This document shows, in pieces, positions 35,796 through 48,880 of a stretch of 64,000 bases of DNA. A model generated the notes under the pieces. That model saw only the letters and a list, made by a program, of their open reading frames with translations. It was not told the DNA's origin and searched no databases. Within the stretch, counting starts at the first letter, position 1. Every line of letters begins with the position of its first letter. Source of the stretch: Chiloscyllium plagiosum (taxonomy: Eukaryota); assembly GCF_004010195.1 (NCBI RefSeq), contig NC_057754.1, positions 7,826,725 to 7,890,724 of the forward strand, written 5' to 3'. A program made the translations under genes and the position numbers.

Positions 35796-37051
35796 TCTGT
35801 TTATTGACTGCTACCCCATGAGGGGTTTTTCTCTCCCTCTCCTCCAGCGAAACCTCTAAACCTCTTGAGGACCTCGATTCTGTCACCTCTTAATCTTTTG
35901 AGAAGAATAGACTGAACTTTCCCAGTCTCATGACAGCGGTGTTTCATCTTTGGGAACATCCTGATAAACTCCTCTGACCTCTTTCTGAGGCCCTTCTCAC
36001 TTGCCTGAAGCGTGTGACCCAGAATTGTCCACAGTGCTCCAAACCTGAGATCTTATAAAGTTCTAGTTGAGTGCCTCAATTTGTAAACTCCTTTCATCAT
36101 CTCTTTAACTTGCCTTGTCCATTTTTTAAGGGTTTATATGCGTGGACATTGGTTTATCTGCTTAAAATTATGCTTTTTTGGTATCTTACCTTTTCCTATT
36201 CATTCTCCCAAAGTGCATCATTTCACATGTCTTAACATTCAGCTCACTTCACTTTGCTTTGTCCACTCCGGGTGCTCTGGTTTCCTCCCACAATCCAAAG
36301 ATGTACAGGTTGTGTGAATTGGCCGTGCTAAATTGCCCATAGTGCTAGGTGGAATAGTCAGGGGTAAATACAGGATAGGGAAATCAGTCTGGGTGGGTTA
36401 CTCTTTGGAGGGTTGGAGTGGACTTGTTGGGCTGTGAAGGGCCTGTTTCAAAACTGTAGGGAATCTAATCTAATCTAACTCTACTGTCCATCATTCTGAA
36501 GCTTGTAACTATTCTTAACATTATCTTGTACTTTCATACTTTCACCCCAATAGAACCTTCCAAGTTGGCTGACCCAGAGTCACAGAATCGTCATGGTACA
36601 AAAGAAGGCCATTCAGTCCATCGTGCCTCCATTGGCTCTATCCCCCAGTGCCAATCTTCTGCTTTTTCCTTGCACACCATTCTATCCGAATAAACATCCT
36701 CCTTGAACGCATCATTTGATTCTGCCTCCGCCACATTTCCAGACTCTAACTACTCGCTGAGTGAAAACATCCCTTTTCGAGTCACCCTTGCTTTGTAAGT
36801 GCACCACTAACATCGTCCAGCTCCTACAGTCTTGTCAGCACAACCTACCCTTTCAATGGTTCCTGTGTGCCACAGTGGCCCTCATTTCTGTCCTCCAGAA
36901 CATCAGACCTCGTTTATTGTGGGTAGCCACGGGGGAAGGGAAAGGATGTGGCAGATCCGGGGAAAGGTGTGGGTGCGACCCAACGTGGTTGGGTTAAACT
37001 GTTGTAATGTGTGCGAGCTGTAAATTTCCTGTTCAATGCTGCTCTCTGCAG

Positions 37052-37169
37052 GAGTTGGAGGAGAACTACCAGCGAGCTTTCTCTGAAGCGCTGTCCGCAT
37101 TTGGTAATGGAGCCCTGTTCATCGAGCGGTTCATTGAGAGGCCCAGGCACATCGAGGTCCAGATACTTG
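37052..37169 (+). CDS. PC: Pyruvate carboxylase, coding exon 5
   Basis: ctctctgcag| acceptor. Encodes [39 protein letters not shown](G). Donor G|gtaagt; 118 nt. Confidence 0.97.
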
Positions 37170-37824
37170 GTAAGTCTGCCATTGGAGAAAAGCACAGCAA
37201 ACGCCAGGAACATTCAGCAGGGCAGGCAGCAGCATCTGTGAAGAGAGGAGCAGTTTGCATTTCCAGTCAGTGAGCTCTCAGCAGGATAACTCCATGTTTT
37301 GAACTATGCACCCCAAGTTAACTCATGTTTAATACAGTGCTGCTTGCTAGTGGTTCCACTCATCTCTTCACAGATACTGCCAGACCTGTGGAGCCTCTGT
37401 CTTTTTTGTTGGTCGCCACCATACTGTTTAGGTTTCCCTTTCATCGCTCGCTGAAAGAGCTATCCGTTTAATCTAGCTCTACCTCCTCTTGTTCCCCAGC
37501 CCTGCCAAACTTTCCTTTGTCAGTGTCTACCCATGTCCTTCACTGAATCTGCTCCACATTGCAATGGTTTTCAGTGTGAAAAGGAATCTTTTCATTTCCC
37601 CCATGGTTCCTTTGTCAATGCCTTTTAATCTGTCGAGACTTTGTCGCAATCTTGCAACCGCTTCAAGGTGACGTGATGACCAATGAGTTGCGTTGGGATG
37701 GGGTCTGAACCAGATGATGTCAACGTTCAGACTCGTATCAAGCAAGATTATGTAATAGCCCCCATGCTGCTTGCTGTCTACCTGATAGTGATCCCACATC
37801 ACCAAAGGTCAGTTGCCCTCTAAT

Positions 37825-38470
37825 GTAGGTAAAATATTAAAGATGTTGCCAAACAAAGAGACCTCAGGGTGCTAGATGCATAGTTCCTCCAATGTGGAGT
37901 TGCAGGGAGACAGGATGGTAAAGAAGGCTTTTAGTACACTGGTCAGTGCATTGAGGACAGGAGAAGGTTGATCATGTTGTGGCTGTACAGGACATTGATC
38001 AGGCCACTTTTAGAATACTGCATTCAATTCTGGTCTCCCTACTATGGGAAAACTGTTGTTAAACTTGAAAGGGTTCAGAAAAGATTTACAAGGATGTTGC
38101 CAGGGTTGGAGGATTTCAGCTATAGGGAGAGGCTGAACAGGCTGGGGCTGTTTTCCCTGGAGTGTCGGAGGCTGAGTGGCGACTTTCTCGAGGTTTATAA
38201 AATTGTGATGGGCATGGTTAGGATAAGTAGACAAATCTTTTTCCCAGAGTAGGGGAGTTCAAAACTAGAGGGCATAGGTTTAAGGTGAGAGGGGAAAGAT
38301 TTGAGAGAGATCTGAGGGGCAACATTTTCAAACAGAGGGTGGTGTGTGTATGGAACGGGCTGCCAGAGAAAGTGGTGGACGCTGGTACAATTACAATATT
38401 TAAAAAGGGTGGATATATATGAATAGGAAGGGATTGGAGGGATATGGGCCAAATGCTGGCAAATGGGACC
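37825..38470 (+). mobile_element. CR1/HER1 3' fragment in PC intron 5
   Basis: LYRTLIRPLLEYCIQFWSPY..LERVQKRFTRMLPGL. Confidence 0.9.
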
Positions 38471-38658
38471 AGAGGGGGAGGGGGGCTCGGGGTTGTTTTG
38501 TTCTGGACGATGTCCGTAGATCTCCTTGGGGTTGTACCCAATCAGGAAAGTGGGGCTGTGCTATCACGGTCCTGTCGCTGCAGCTGCCTTTCTCCTTCCG
38601 ATGAGTGAGACTAAACGTTGGGCTCCCCTAGCCGCTGAAGCTGTGTCTGTTCTTTCAG

Positions 38659-38810
38659 GTGATAAATATGGCAACGTGATCCACTTGTACGAGAGAGACT
38701 GCTCCATCCAGCGGCGTCACCAGAAGGTTGTAGAGATTGCTCCCGCTGCCCACCTGGACCAGCATCTCCGAGACCGGCTCACCTCCGACGCTGTCAAGCT
38801 GGCCAAGCGG
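38659..38810 (+). CDS. PC: Pyruvate carboxylase, coding exon 6
   Basis: ttctttcag| acceptor. Encodes (G)[50 protein letters not shown]. Donor CGG|gtaagg; 152 nt; contains the [12 protein letters not shown] biotin-carboxylase signature. Confidence 0.97.
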
Positions 38811-39679
38811 GTAAGGGCTGCTCGGCTGAACATCCTCACATCTCGGTGCTTTGGCTAAGTGAGCGGGTGGAGAGGTGTTGGCAGGGGATAGCAAGCATCA
38901 GTCGCTGCCTGCAGCCCCGTCAAGTGCATTGCAACCGCGGAGTTTGACTGACAAGGCGATGACCTCGTGGCATTATTGCTGGGCTCTCAGGTAATATTCT
39001 GGGAATCTGGCTTCAATCCCAATGTGGCAACTGGTGGGAATTGAATTCCAGAAAAACTGTTGGAAAATCCCATCCGGTTCACGTGTGTCCTTCAGGGAAG
39101 GAAACTACCATCCTTACCTGGGCTGGCCTACATGGGACTCATGTAGGAATGTGCTCGTGTCTTAACTGCTCTCCGAGTTTGTTCTGTGAATTTCATGAAA
39201 ACGCTAAATGGTGAAGGGAATTTATAACAGGTATAATTGGGATGTGAGCAAATTTAAGATCAAAGGGAGATGCAGAAAGCTCATAACATGCAAGAAATGC
39301 TGGTGTAGCCACTGATGCCCATGAGTGAACAAAAGGAAATTTGGATAGTCTTGAAACTGGGGGGGGGGGGGGGGGGCATTTGAGTTTTTGGCAATTCTGT
39401 GAAATAAAGATACCAGCTCGATCCATTTCTGCTTTATTGACTCCGCTGAGTGTCCGGATGACGGGTAGTCGATGCCCGTTTTGCGCACTGCACACCTTTC
39501 CCCAAAGTTGCCAGCCTCTGATTTCAGGGGATTGATTGCTCAGTATGCCAACCGGAAAGCAGTTAGGGACAAGGGGTGAGTGATCAGTCGCAGCAATGCC
39601 CTCGTGAAAGAATTATGAAGGGAAAAAAAACCCCAAACTTCACACAGGAGACATGCTGCATCCTGGTTGTTAGTTGCGA

Positions 39680-40035
39680 CTCAGTTGCTTGCTGTCTTGT
39701 CACTGAGTTGGGACTGAGCCCCACTCTGTAGCCTTGTGTGCTGTGCTAAGGGAGTGCTGCACTGTGCTATCATTTCCATGAGTTCATGAATGGAAGCCTT
39801 GTCTGCTCCCTCAGACACATAGGTCGCTTGCCACTCTGTTGAAGAAGAGCAGGAATGTGCTCCCTCACAGTCAATATGTATCCTTTGATCGGCATCTGAA
39901 AAAGAGATTATCTGGTTAGTGTCTCGTTGTTGTGTTTGGGAACCTGCTGTGCAGCAGTTGGTTAACACCACAGGGACCCTCAATAGCTGTAAATCACTGT
40001 GGGGCATGCTAAAATGCGATAGAAATGCAAGGCGT
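39680..40035 (+). mobile_element. SacSINE1-like DeuSINE, highly diverged
   Basis: gggagtgctgcactgt..gaagaagagcagg..agattatctggt..tgctgtgc..aaatgcaag follows the recalled Deu-domain SINE consensus. Confidence 0.65.
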
Positions 40036-41039
40036 TCTTGCCATATGTGTGACATACCTTGAATGTATGGGCGTTATCTCACTTCACATGCTGATTAGAT
40101 AAAGTGTTGAAGCTCTGATGTGGAGGGCTGGGTACTGGGCTGGAACTGCATTAGCAAAGTGTTCATGGTCAAAATGGAGGCGGTTCCAGTGAGGACTGAA
40201 TGGGAGGAGTCTGGAAGAAGTGAAACCCATTGCTGCTTAGTAACTGATGGTGGAACACTATTGGTGTTGTGTGTCAATTACCACAAGATACCTTTTAATT
40301 CCGCTACTCATTAAGAAATCGCGCAGACAATCAAATCCTGAAACAGTTACTTACATTTTATCGCATGTAGCAACTAAAATAAGACTCTTCAAGTAAGCAA
40401 GCCTCACGACCCAACTTAGCTATTGTCCGATTGATGGTGGAGTTTAACTATGATTCCAATGAGCAGCTTCTGTCTCTGGATGTCCAGCATTCAGTCCTTG
40501 TGCACAGTTCTGCTGCCAAACAATCCAAAAGTTGAATCCTTACAGGATTTTCTCTCTCAAGTTGGTGATGTGATAGTATTGATGATCCTTTAGATCCATT
40601 GATCCACCACATTGAGTTACTCTTCTGGAATCCTTTTGTCTGTAGCTGCGCCTTCTTGTTGGGAATAGTATCTCTCTTCCTTGTTACTTTCGGCGTTAGC
40701 TGTCTTCTCGAAACACAATCTGCCCTGCTTAAGTTCTTTTGTGGGACAATCATTTGTCGTTGGGGCATAAGGCAGCCAGTTATCAAGCAGTTGTTAAAAC
40801 AGTTTGTTTATGTAGCCTTTGATTCCTTTACCCAAGCATGGCTAATTGCTGTTTTGCTGTTAATTCTGGCTCCTGTTACCTCAGAAAACAGTTTATTTTA
40901 TGAAGAGCTATTGCCAATTCTTTCAATCTCTGAACAGTTATTAAAGTTCTGCAGTGTGGACCAGACTGTCCTCAGCACTGGCCTTCAGCAGAGGGGTTGG
41001 CCTGTAAAATTACACCTGTCAGGCCCTGAAGGGTTAAAA

Positions 41040-42812
41040 AGAGTCAGAGTTGTACAGCACGGAAGCAGACCCTTCAGTCCATTCTGACCAGATAGCCTAA
41101 ATTAAATCAAGTCCCATTTGCGAGCATTTGGCCCATATCACACTAAGCCCTTCCTATACATATACCCATCCAGATGCCTTTTAAATGCTGTAATTGTACC
41201 AGCCTCCACCATTTCCTCTGGCAGCTCATTCCATGCACTAGGGAAACAGGTCATAGAGTCATAGAGATGTACAGCCTGGTCCAACCCGTCTATGTCGACT
41301 AGATATCCGAACCCAATCTAGTCCCACCTGGCAGCACCCGGCCCATATCCCTNNNNNNNNNNNNNNNNNNNNNNNNNNNNNNNNNNNNNNNNNNNNNNNN
41401 NNNNNNNNNNNNNNNNNNNNNNNNNNNNNNNNNNNNNNNNNNNNNNNNNNNNNNNNNNNNNNNNNNNNNNNNNNNNNNNNNNNNNNNNNNNNNNNNNNNN
41501 NNNNNNNNNNNNNNNNNNNNNNNNNNNNNNNNNNNNNNNNNNNNNNNNNNNNNNNNNNNNNNNNNNNNNNNNNNNNNNNNNNNNNNNNNNNNNNNNNNNN
41601 NNNNNNNNNNNNNNNNNNNNNNNNAGGTCTCTTTGTTCAGCAACACTCCCTAGGACCTTACCATTAAGTGTATAAGTCCTGCTAAGATTTGCTTTCCCAA
41701 AATGCAGCACCTCGCATTTATGTGAATTAAACTCCATCTGCCACTTCTCTGCCTATTGGCCCATCTGGTCCAGATTCTGTTGTAATCCGAGGTAACCCTC
41801 TTCGCTGTCCACTACATCTCCAATTTTGGTGTCATCTGCAAACTTACTAACTGTACCTCTTACACTCGCATCCAATCATTTATGTAAATGACAAAAAGTA
41901 GAGGACCCAGCACCGATCCTTGTGGCACTCCACTAGCCACAGGCCTCCAGTCTGAAAAACAACCCTCCACCACCACCCTCTGTCTTCTGCCTTTGAACAA
42001 TTCTGTATCTAAATGGCGAATTCTCCCTGTATTCCATGAGATCAAACCTTGCTAATCAGTCTCCCATGGTGAACCTTGTCGAACGCCTTACTGAAGTCAA
42101 TATAGATCACATCTACCCCTCTGCCCTTATCAATCCTCTTTGTTACTTCTTCAAAAAAACTCATTCAAGTTTGTGAGACATGATTTCCCATACACAAAGC
42201 CATGTTGGCTAACCCGAATCAGTTCTTACCTTTCCTAATACATGTACATCCTGTCCCTCAGGATTCCCTCCAACAACTTGCCCACCACCGAGGTCAGGCT
42301 CACCAGTTTATAGTTCCCTGGCTTGTCCTTACTGCCCTTCTTAAACAGTGGCACCACGTTAGCCAACCTCCAGTCTTCCGGCACCTCATCTGTGACTATC
42401 GATGATACAAATATCTCAGCAAGAGGCCCAGCAATCACTTCTCAAACTTCTCACAGAGTTCTAGGTTACACCTGATCAGGTCCTGGGGATTTATCCACCT
42501 TTATGCGTTTTGAGACATCCAGCACTTCCTCCTCTGTAATTTGTTGTCCCTCGGGTCCCTTTTAAGTCTTTCCTCTCTCACCTTAAACCTATGCCCTCTG
42601 GTTTTGGATTACCCTACCCCAGGAAAAAGACCTTAACTATTCACCCTATTCATGCCCCTCGTGATTTTTTAAACCTGTATAAGGTGACCCTCCCTAGCCT
42701 CCCAAGCTCCAGGGAAAATAGCCCCAGCCTATTCATCCTCTCTTCCAGTGCCAGCAACATGCTTGTAAGTCTTTTCTGCACCCTATCAAGTTTAACAATA
42801 TCTTTCCTATAG
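41040..42812 (-). mobile_element. CR1/HER1 RT and 3' fragments, spanning gap 41353-41624
   Basis: [57 protein letters not shown]. Confidence 0.9.
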
Positions 42813-43012
42813 CTGTTGAGGGTGGGCTTGGTACGCAGTTAGAGAGCAGGCATTCCTTTGCCCTGCAAAGGGAGCAGTCGTTCTCCAGACGGCTAGAGGC
42901 TGGTGCCAGTGAATCAAACCAGCAGCAGGAGTTTGATCTGACCTTCAGGCTGAGATAAACTTGGATCTTGCACCATTGGTCTGCCCCTGACAGCGGAATA
43001 GCTGAAAAAAGC

Positions 43013-43650
43013 AGCGCGGTGGCTCAGTGCTTAGCACTGCAGAGTCGTGGCACCAGGGACTTGGGTTTGATTCCACTGTTTGGTGACCATCTATGTGGAG
43101 TTTTCACGTTTTCCCCGTATCTGCATGGGTTTCCACTGGATGCTGCAGTTTCCTCTCCCAGTCTCAAGATTGTAGAATCATAGACTCCCCACAGTGTGGA
43201 AACAGGCCATTCAGTCCAACACGTCCACACCGACACTCTGAAGAGTAACCTACCCAGACCCATTGCCCCAACCCTATATTTACCCCTGACTAATGCACCT
43301 AGCTTGTATGTCCCTGAACACTGTGGGGTAACTTAACATAGCTAATTCACTCTAACCTGCAACCCCTGGGCACTATGGGTAATTTAATATGGCCATTCCA
43401 ACCCTAACCTGCACACCCCTGGGCATTATGGGTAATTTAACATGGCCATTCCAACCCTAACCTGCACATCTTTGGACTATGGGAGGTTAGGTGGATTGAA
43501 CCTGTTAAATTTCCTTGCAGTGTCCAAAGTTGTGCAGGTTAGCCACAGTAAAAGTCCCATGCTGGTTTACACGGATGGGTGGAACACTCTTTGGACGGTC
43601 AGTGCACACCTGATAGACTGAATGGCTTCTTTCCACACTGCAGGGGTTCA
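43013..43650. mobile_element. HE1 SINE cluster: + copy interrupted by a - copy with an internal ~53-bp tandem triplication (43340-43470)
   Basis: Repeated taacctgcac..ccctgggca(c/t)tatgggtaatttaa..tggccattccaaccc units. Confidence 0.8.
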
Positions 43651-44517
43651 ATGGAAACAGCGGAGAAACCAGCCCAGGTTGGAGCGCTGGCAGACCTGCC
43701 TTTAGGCAGAGCACAACGGGGCATAAAATACTACCCCTTGCCCTCGACCTCCCACATCCACTCTGCTGTTTCAAATAATTGGCAAGGAGCAGCCCCAGTG
43801 GGAGGCAGTAGTGTTGTTTCTGACCATGATGAAGTGTACCTCCACATCCCGTCCCTATTTACCAGTCACCTAAAGAGACCTTCCGTAGCCCTGGCTTACT
43901 TCTGGTGAAGGGCTTTTGCCCAAAATGTCGTTTTCTCTGCACCTCGGATGCTGCCTGACCTGCTGTGCTTTTCCAGCGCCACTCTCTCGACTCTACTCTT
44001 GCCCATCGAGTTACCCCTGCAACCACGTATCTTCCTATCTCCATTTCCTCAGTCTTTCGTTCTCTCCCTTTCCTCACTGCTGTAGGTGTCACCTGAACAG
44101 ATGGCTCCACAGACGCACTGGAGACGTCCAACTCTACCTCTCTGCCACCTCAGCGTGAGCCCCTCGCTTGGTTTGTGGGCTCGGTGTGCTGTGTTAGGAA
44201 GCAGTAGCTTTAATTATTGGGTGTACTGAAACCACTGCCTTTGGCCTCCAGCACATTTTTTACACAGTGGTTCGTGTGTGGAATGAACTTCCTGAGGAAG
44301 TGGTGGATGCGGGTACAGTTACAACATTTAAAAGAATCTTAGCAAAGTACTTGAATAGGAAAGGTTTGGAGGGATATGGGCCAGGAGCAGGCTGGTGGGA
44401 CTAGTTTAGCTGGGAATATGTTTGGTATGGACTGCAGGTTTTGTTTATGCGCTGTATAACTCTATAAAAGACAGTCAGTTATGTCTTGCCAGGGAAGGTA
44501 AGCTCACCACCAGTCAT

Positions 44518-44647
44518 GTCTGATGAAGGGCTTTCGTCCGAAACATCGATTTTCCTGCTCCTCGGATGCTGCCTGACCTGCTGTGCTTTTCCAGCACCAC
44601 TTTAATCCAGACAGTATTCTCCAGCATCTGCAGTACCCACCTCTGCC

Positions 44648-44650
<3 letters not shown>
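44518..44650 (+). mobile_element. PLE family P3 terminal fragment with hammerhead motif (further P3 fragments at ~1365-1450, 25757-25822, 43900-43995, 53505-53725)
   Basis: CTGATGAaGGGCtttcGTCCGAAAcATCgat followed by the P3 tail ggatgctgcctgacctgctgtgcttttccagcaccac. Confidence 0.75.

Positions 44651-44696
<46 letters not shown>
44650..44696. repeat. (GT)n microsatellite running into gap 44697-44738
   Basis: Direct reading. Confidence 0.95.
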
Positions 44697-45224
44697 NNNN
44701 NNNNNNNNNNNNNNNNNNNNNNNNNNNNNNNNNNNNNNCGTCGAATGGGAGAGCAGCCCTGTGTCCTCTGGGACTATGGCAGCTTTACCTTTAGTTATGT
44801 ATTTGTCTTTTGGCAAATGGAGGGGCAGAATGTGATCTCAGGAATGTGATGCCAAGAAAGATTGAAGCTGGCAGCGTTTGAACAGATGTTTGCTTTAGAG
44901 AGGCTTTCATTTGTTGCTTGAAAGATGACGGAGTTTTCTCATTTGGAGCAGACTGACTTGTCTGTATAATCCTTGCCGAATGATTCAGAGCTACTTTGAT
45001 GTTTGAATTGGCTTCTGCTGTAAATGACTTTAATACGTTAACAAAGTGTTCAGAGTTTAACCTGTTATGACACCATCTGGCTCGATCGATGTTAATCATT
45101 CCTGGTGCCACATGGCTGAGCTGTGAAAATCCACATGGCCTGTTGAGAGGCAGCAAAAATGTTGGGACTTGTGTTTAAGCTCTTGTACCTTCTGCCTGGT
45201 GGAATAGTTTAGAAGAGATTAGAA

Positions 45225-45745
45225 CCCGGGGTGGGAGGGGTCTTCAATGATGTCGGCTACCTTCCCGAGGCAGTGGAAAGTGTAGATGGAGTCAGTGGAT
45301 GGTTGGCTTGCGTGATGGACTGGGCTTTGTTCAGAACTCTCTGTAGTGTCTCACGGTCCTGGGCAGAGCAGTTGTTGTACCAATGATGCGTTTGGATAGA
45401 ATGCTTTCTGTGGTGCACCTATAAAAATTGCGAAGAATCTTGACATGGCTAAGAATGTGCTAAGAAATTTGCTAAGAAAGAATTTGCTAAAAAATTGCTA
45501 AGAATATGGACGTGCCGAATTTTCTTAGTGGCCTGAGGAAGTAGAGACATTGTTGTGCTTTCTTGACCGTTGCATTGACTTGAGTGGGCCAGGACAGATT
45601 GGTGGTCATTACCCCAAGGAACTTGATGCTTTTGACCACCTCCATCTCAGCACTATTGATGTAGATGGGGCATGCCCTCCACCTTGCTTCCTGAAGTCAG
45701 TGACCAACTCTTTCGCTTTGCTAGTGTTGAGGGAGAGATCGGTGT
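45225..45745 (-). mobile_element. Non-CR1 LINE fragment (Rex1/L2-like RT C-terminus) with a short gctaag tandem array at 45448-45505
   Basis: - strand reads roughly KELVTDFRK..VKSIKFLGV..KKAQQCLYFLR, typical of Rex1-Babar-like ORF2. Confidence 0.65.
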
Positions 45746-45759
45746 CTCTACACTTGGAA

Positions 45760-46505
45760 GCATTATAAACTGTGGAGGACACTAAGGAACTGCAAAAAGG
45801 CAGATTGGTGGAGTGGGCAGAGGGTGGCAGGTGAAGTTCAATGTGAGAAGTGCACGGTAATGCATTTTTGAGAAAAGAGCATGGCCAGGTGATATAAAAT
45901 AGAGGGTAGAATTCTAAAGGGATTGAAGGAGAAGAGGCATAGGTGGAGAGAACAGTTAATAAATGGGCAATATCCTCCCTTTATTAATAGAGGCTTAGTG
46001 TGTAAGTGCAAGGAGGTGTGCTGACCTAATATAAGACACTTGTCAGACCTCAGCAAGGGATATTGTGAACTGTTCCAGGTCTCTCATTCAAGGGAGGGTG
46101 TGAACCCGTTTAACAGACTGCAAATGATGCTTAGAAGAATGGGAGTTTCAGGGATGGAGACTTCAGTTCTGAGGAAAAATTGGAGAGGTTAGGGCTGTTT
46201 TCATTAAAGGGAAGAGATCTAATGAAAGTTTTCACAGCCGTGAGAAGTTCCTGTAGATTTGTTAGAGAAAGACCGTTCACACTGTTCAAGAATGAGAGGG
46301 CATGGATTTATGATGATTTACAGAGTAGCAAATGTGAGTGACAAAATGCTTTTCTGTACAATAAGTGCTTTGGATCTAGGATACACTACTCTCACTGGAA
46401 GTAAAGTGGAGGCAGGTTCAGTTGAGGCACAGGGGAGAGCGCTAGATAATAATTTGAAAGAAACAATGTGCAAGGCTTTGGGCAAAAGGCAAGAGACTGG
46501 AAGTA
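45760..46505 (+). mobile_element. Old CR1 3' fragment
   Basis: Decayed W..KFNVRSA / KTLVRPQ / LERLGLFSL motifs. Confidence 0.7.
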
Positions 46506-46610
46506 AGTCATAATTAACATTTGGAGAATCAGAACAGACCCAGGGAGCTGAGTCACTTCTTTCCATGCCATAACATTTCTGTGATAATGCCTTGCAGTCA
46601 TCAGGACAAT

Positions 46611-46935
46611 TGGGCGGCACGGTGGCTCAGTGGTTAGCACTGCTGCCTCACAGCACCAGGGACCCAGGTTCAATTCCCGCCTCAGGCAACTGTCTGTGTG
46701 GAGTTTGCACATTCTCTCCGTGTCTGCGTGGGTTTCCTCCGGGTGCTCCGGTTTCCACCCGCAGTCTAAAGATGTGCAGGTCAGGTGAATTGGCCATGCT
46801 CAATTGCCCGTAGTGTTAGGTCAAGAGGTAAATGTAGGGCAATGGGTCTGGGTGGGTTGCTCTTCGGAGGGTCGGTGTGGACTTGTTGGGCCGAAGGGCC
46901 TGCTTCCACACTGTAAGTAATCTAATCTAATCTAA
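46611..46935 (+). mobile_element. HE1-type V-SINE, young, with (taatc)n tail
   Basis: Near-identical to 148-464. Confidence 0.92.
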
Positions 46936-47949
46936 TTGGCAAGAATTAATAAAATAAGGGGAAAACACCTTTTATCCTATATGAGAAGAGAGTGGCGATT
47001 GGTTGACAATTGGACTATGATTGACAGAGAGGTTGCCATTGAGAACACACCACTTTATGATGACTGACACTTAACTGCCAATATTGGTTTACATTTTCAA
47101 CTGTACTGTGCAGGTTGACACTGTTCGAGACATTGCCCAGAGGATTGAACCAGGGAATGGCTGACCCTTGTTTTCTTGAATTCTAACAGGTAGTGTGCAC
47201 ATGGTCTTCAAGCCTATAAAGTGCTGGGCCCTGCATATCAATAGAAGTGGATTTCCAGTGCATGCAAGTTGAGCCTGACTGATAATCTTCAATTGTTTGG
47301 CATCATCATTTTTATTTCGCACACTCTGTCCAGTTGTAGAATTGCATTTCATGTTGGTCACTGCATTGCAAGTTTTGGAAATGTGGGATGGTGAGTGCAG
47401 TCAGTACTTCCTTGTTGTTTGCAGCATCCAACCAATTGTCACTCTCCTCTCCTTCAGTATAAGAGTTGTCTTACTATCAGTAATTCTTATGCAATGTTCT
47501 AATTAGTGCATGGTGAAATGCTTCGACGAAATGTCACTCTTCTTCCCATCTCCACTCCACCGGCTTAAGTGCTCTTAAATGTCTGTCTTTCATCAGTTCA
47601 GATGTGCGGATTGAAGCCATTTGGGAGATTATATCTGCTGGCTCTTTGGAAGAGCTGTCAAAACAATCTCCTTTCCTGCTCTCTCCTCAGCTCTCTGCAC
47701 ATTTCGAGCATTTATCTGAATATCTTTTTGAAAACTCCTTTTGAAAACCCCTTTCATGTCGGAAGCTGTGGATCGCAGCACCTCGTGGTGTTAACAAAAC
47801 AAAAACATGACAAGTTAAGTAACATCACTGCCTCCCTAATCTCTCTCTATATAAATGTTTTTGAACAGTTCATCTTGGCTAACCGGTGAGACATCCCTTA
47901 AAGGGACACGGTAACTCCAGAGAAAGCACATCAAGGCTCACTTTACAGA

Positions 47950-48280
47950 GTAGAATCCCTGCAGTGTGGAAACAGGCCATTCGGCCCAACGAGCCCACAC
48001 CGACCCTCCACAGAGCATCCTATCCACACCCGTCACCCTACCCTATCCTTGCATTTCCCATGTCTAATGCACCTAACCTATACATCCCTGAATACTCTGG
48101 GCAATTTAGCGTGGCCAATTCACCTAACCTACACATCTTTGGACTGTGGGAGGAAACCGGAGCACCCGGCAGAAACCCAGGCAGACACTGGGAGAATGTG
48201 CAAAATCCTCACAGACAGTCGCCTGAGGGTGGTCCCTGGTGCTGTGAGGCAGCAATGATGATCACTGAGCCACCATGCTG
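47950..48280 (-). mobile_element. HE1-type V-SINE (further copies at ~36265-36478 +, 49240-49410 -, 50960-51250 -, 61710-61975 +, 62409-62710 +, 63865-64000 -)
   Basis: Reverse V-domain ggactgtgggaggaaaccggagcacccgg. Confidence 0.88.
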
Positions 48281-48377
48281 CCCATTATACTCTTGGCATA
48301 AATCAAAATCAAACAGTTAGCCAGTCACTTGGCAAAACGCCCTGTACAGGATTACTATGAGAGGGGAAAAAATTCAA

Positions 48378-48880
48378 AGGAAACTGTAGTTAAACTTAAA
48401 AGGGTTCAGAAAAGAGTTACAAAGATGTTGCCCAGGTTGGAGAGTTTGAGCTATAGGGAGAGGCTGAATAGACTAGGGCCATTTTCCGTGGAGTGTCGGA
48501 GGCTAAGGGGTGATCTTATAAAAGTTTATAAGATCACGAGGGGCATGGATAGGGTGAATCGTCAAGGTCTGTTCTCCTGAGTGGGGAAGTCCAGAACGAG
48601 AGGGCATAGGTTTAAGGTGACAGGGGGAAGATTTAAAAGGGACAAAAAGGGCAACTTTTTCACGCAGAGAGTGGTGTACATATGGAATGAGCTGCCAGAG
48701 GACGTGGTGGAGGCTGGTACAATGACAACATTTAAAGGCATCTGGATGAGTATATGAATAGGCAGGGTTTAGAGGGATATGGGCCAAATGGTGGCAAATG
48801 TGACCAGATTAATTTAGGCTATCTGGTCAGCATAGACAAGTTGGGCCGAAGGATCAGTTTATGTGCTATCTATGACTCGA
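48378..48880 (+). mobile_element. CR1/HER1 3' fragment
   Basis: KLKRVQKRVTKMLPRLESLSYRERLNRLG..RGDLIKVYKI. Confidence 0.9.

Noticed and set aside
40599..41087. 162-aa hydrophobic ORF in intron 6
   Set aside because: Non-ATG start, no family motif, runs into a CR1 tail; probably antisense of an A-rich unclassified repeat.
43340..43470. Regularly spaced repeats that superficially resemble a CRISPR array
   Set aside because: Tandem duplication inside an HE1 SINE with no unique spacers, in a vertebrate genome.
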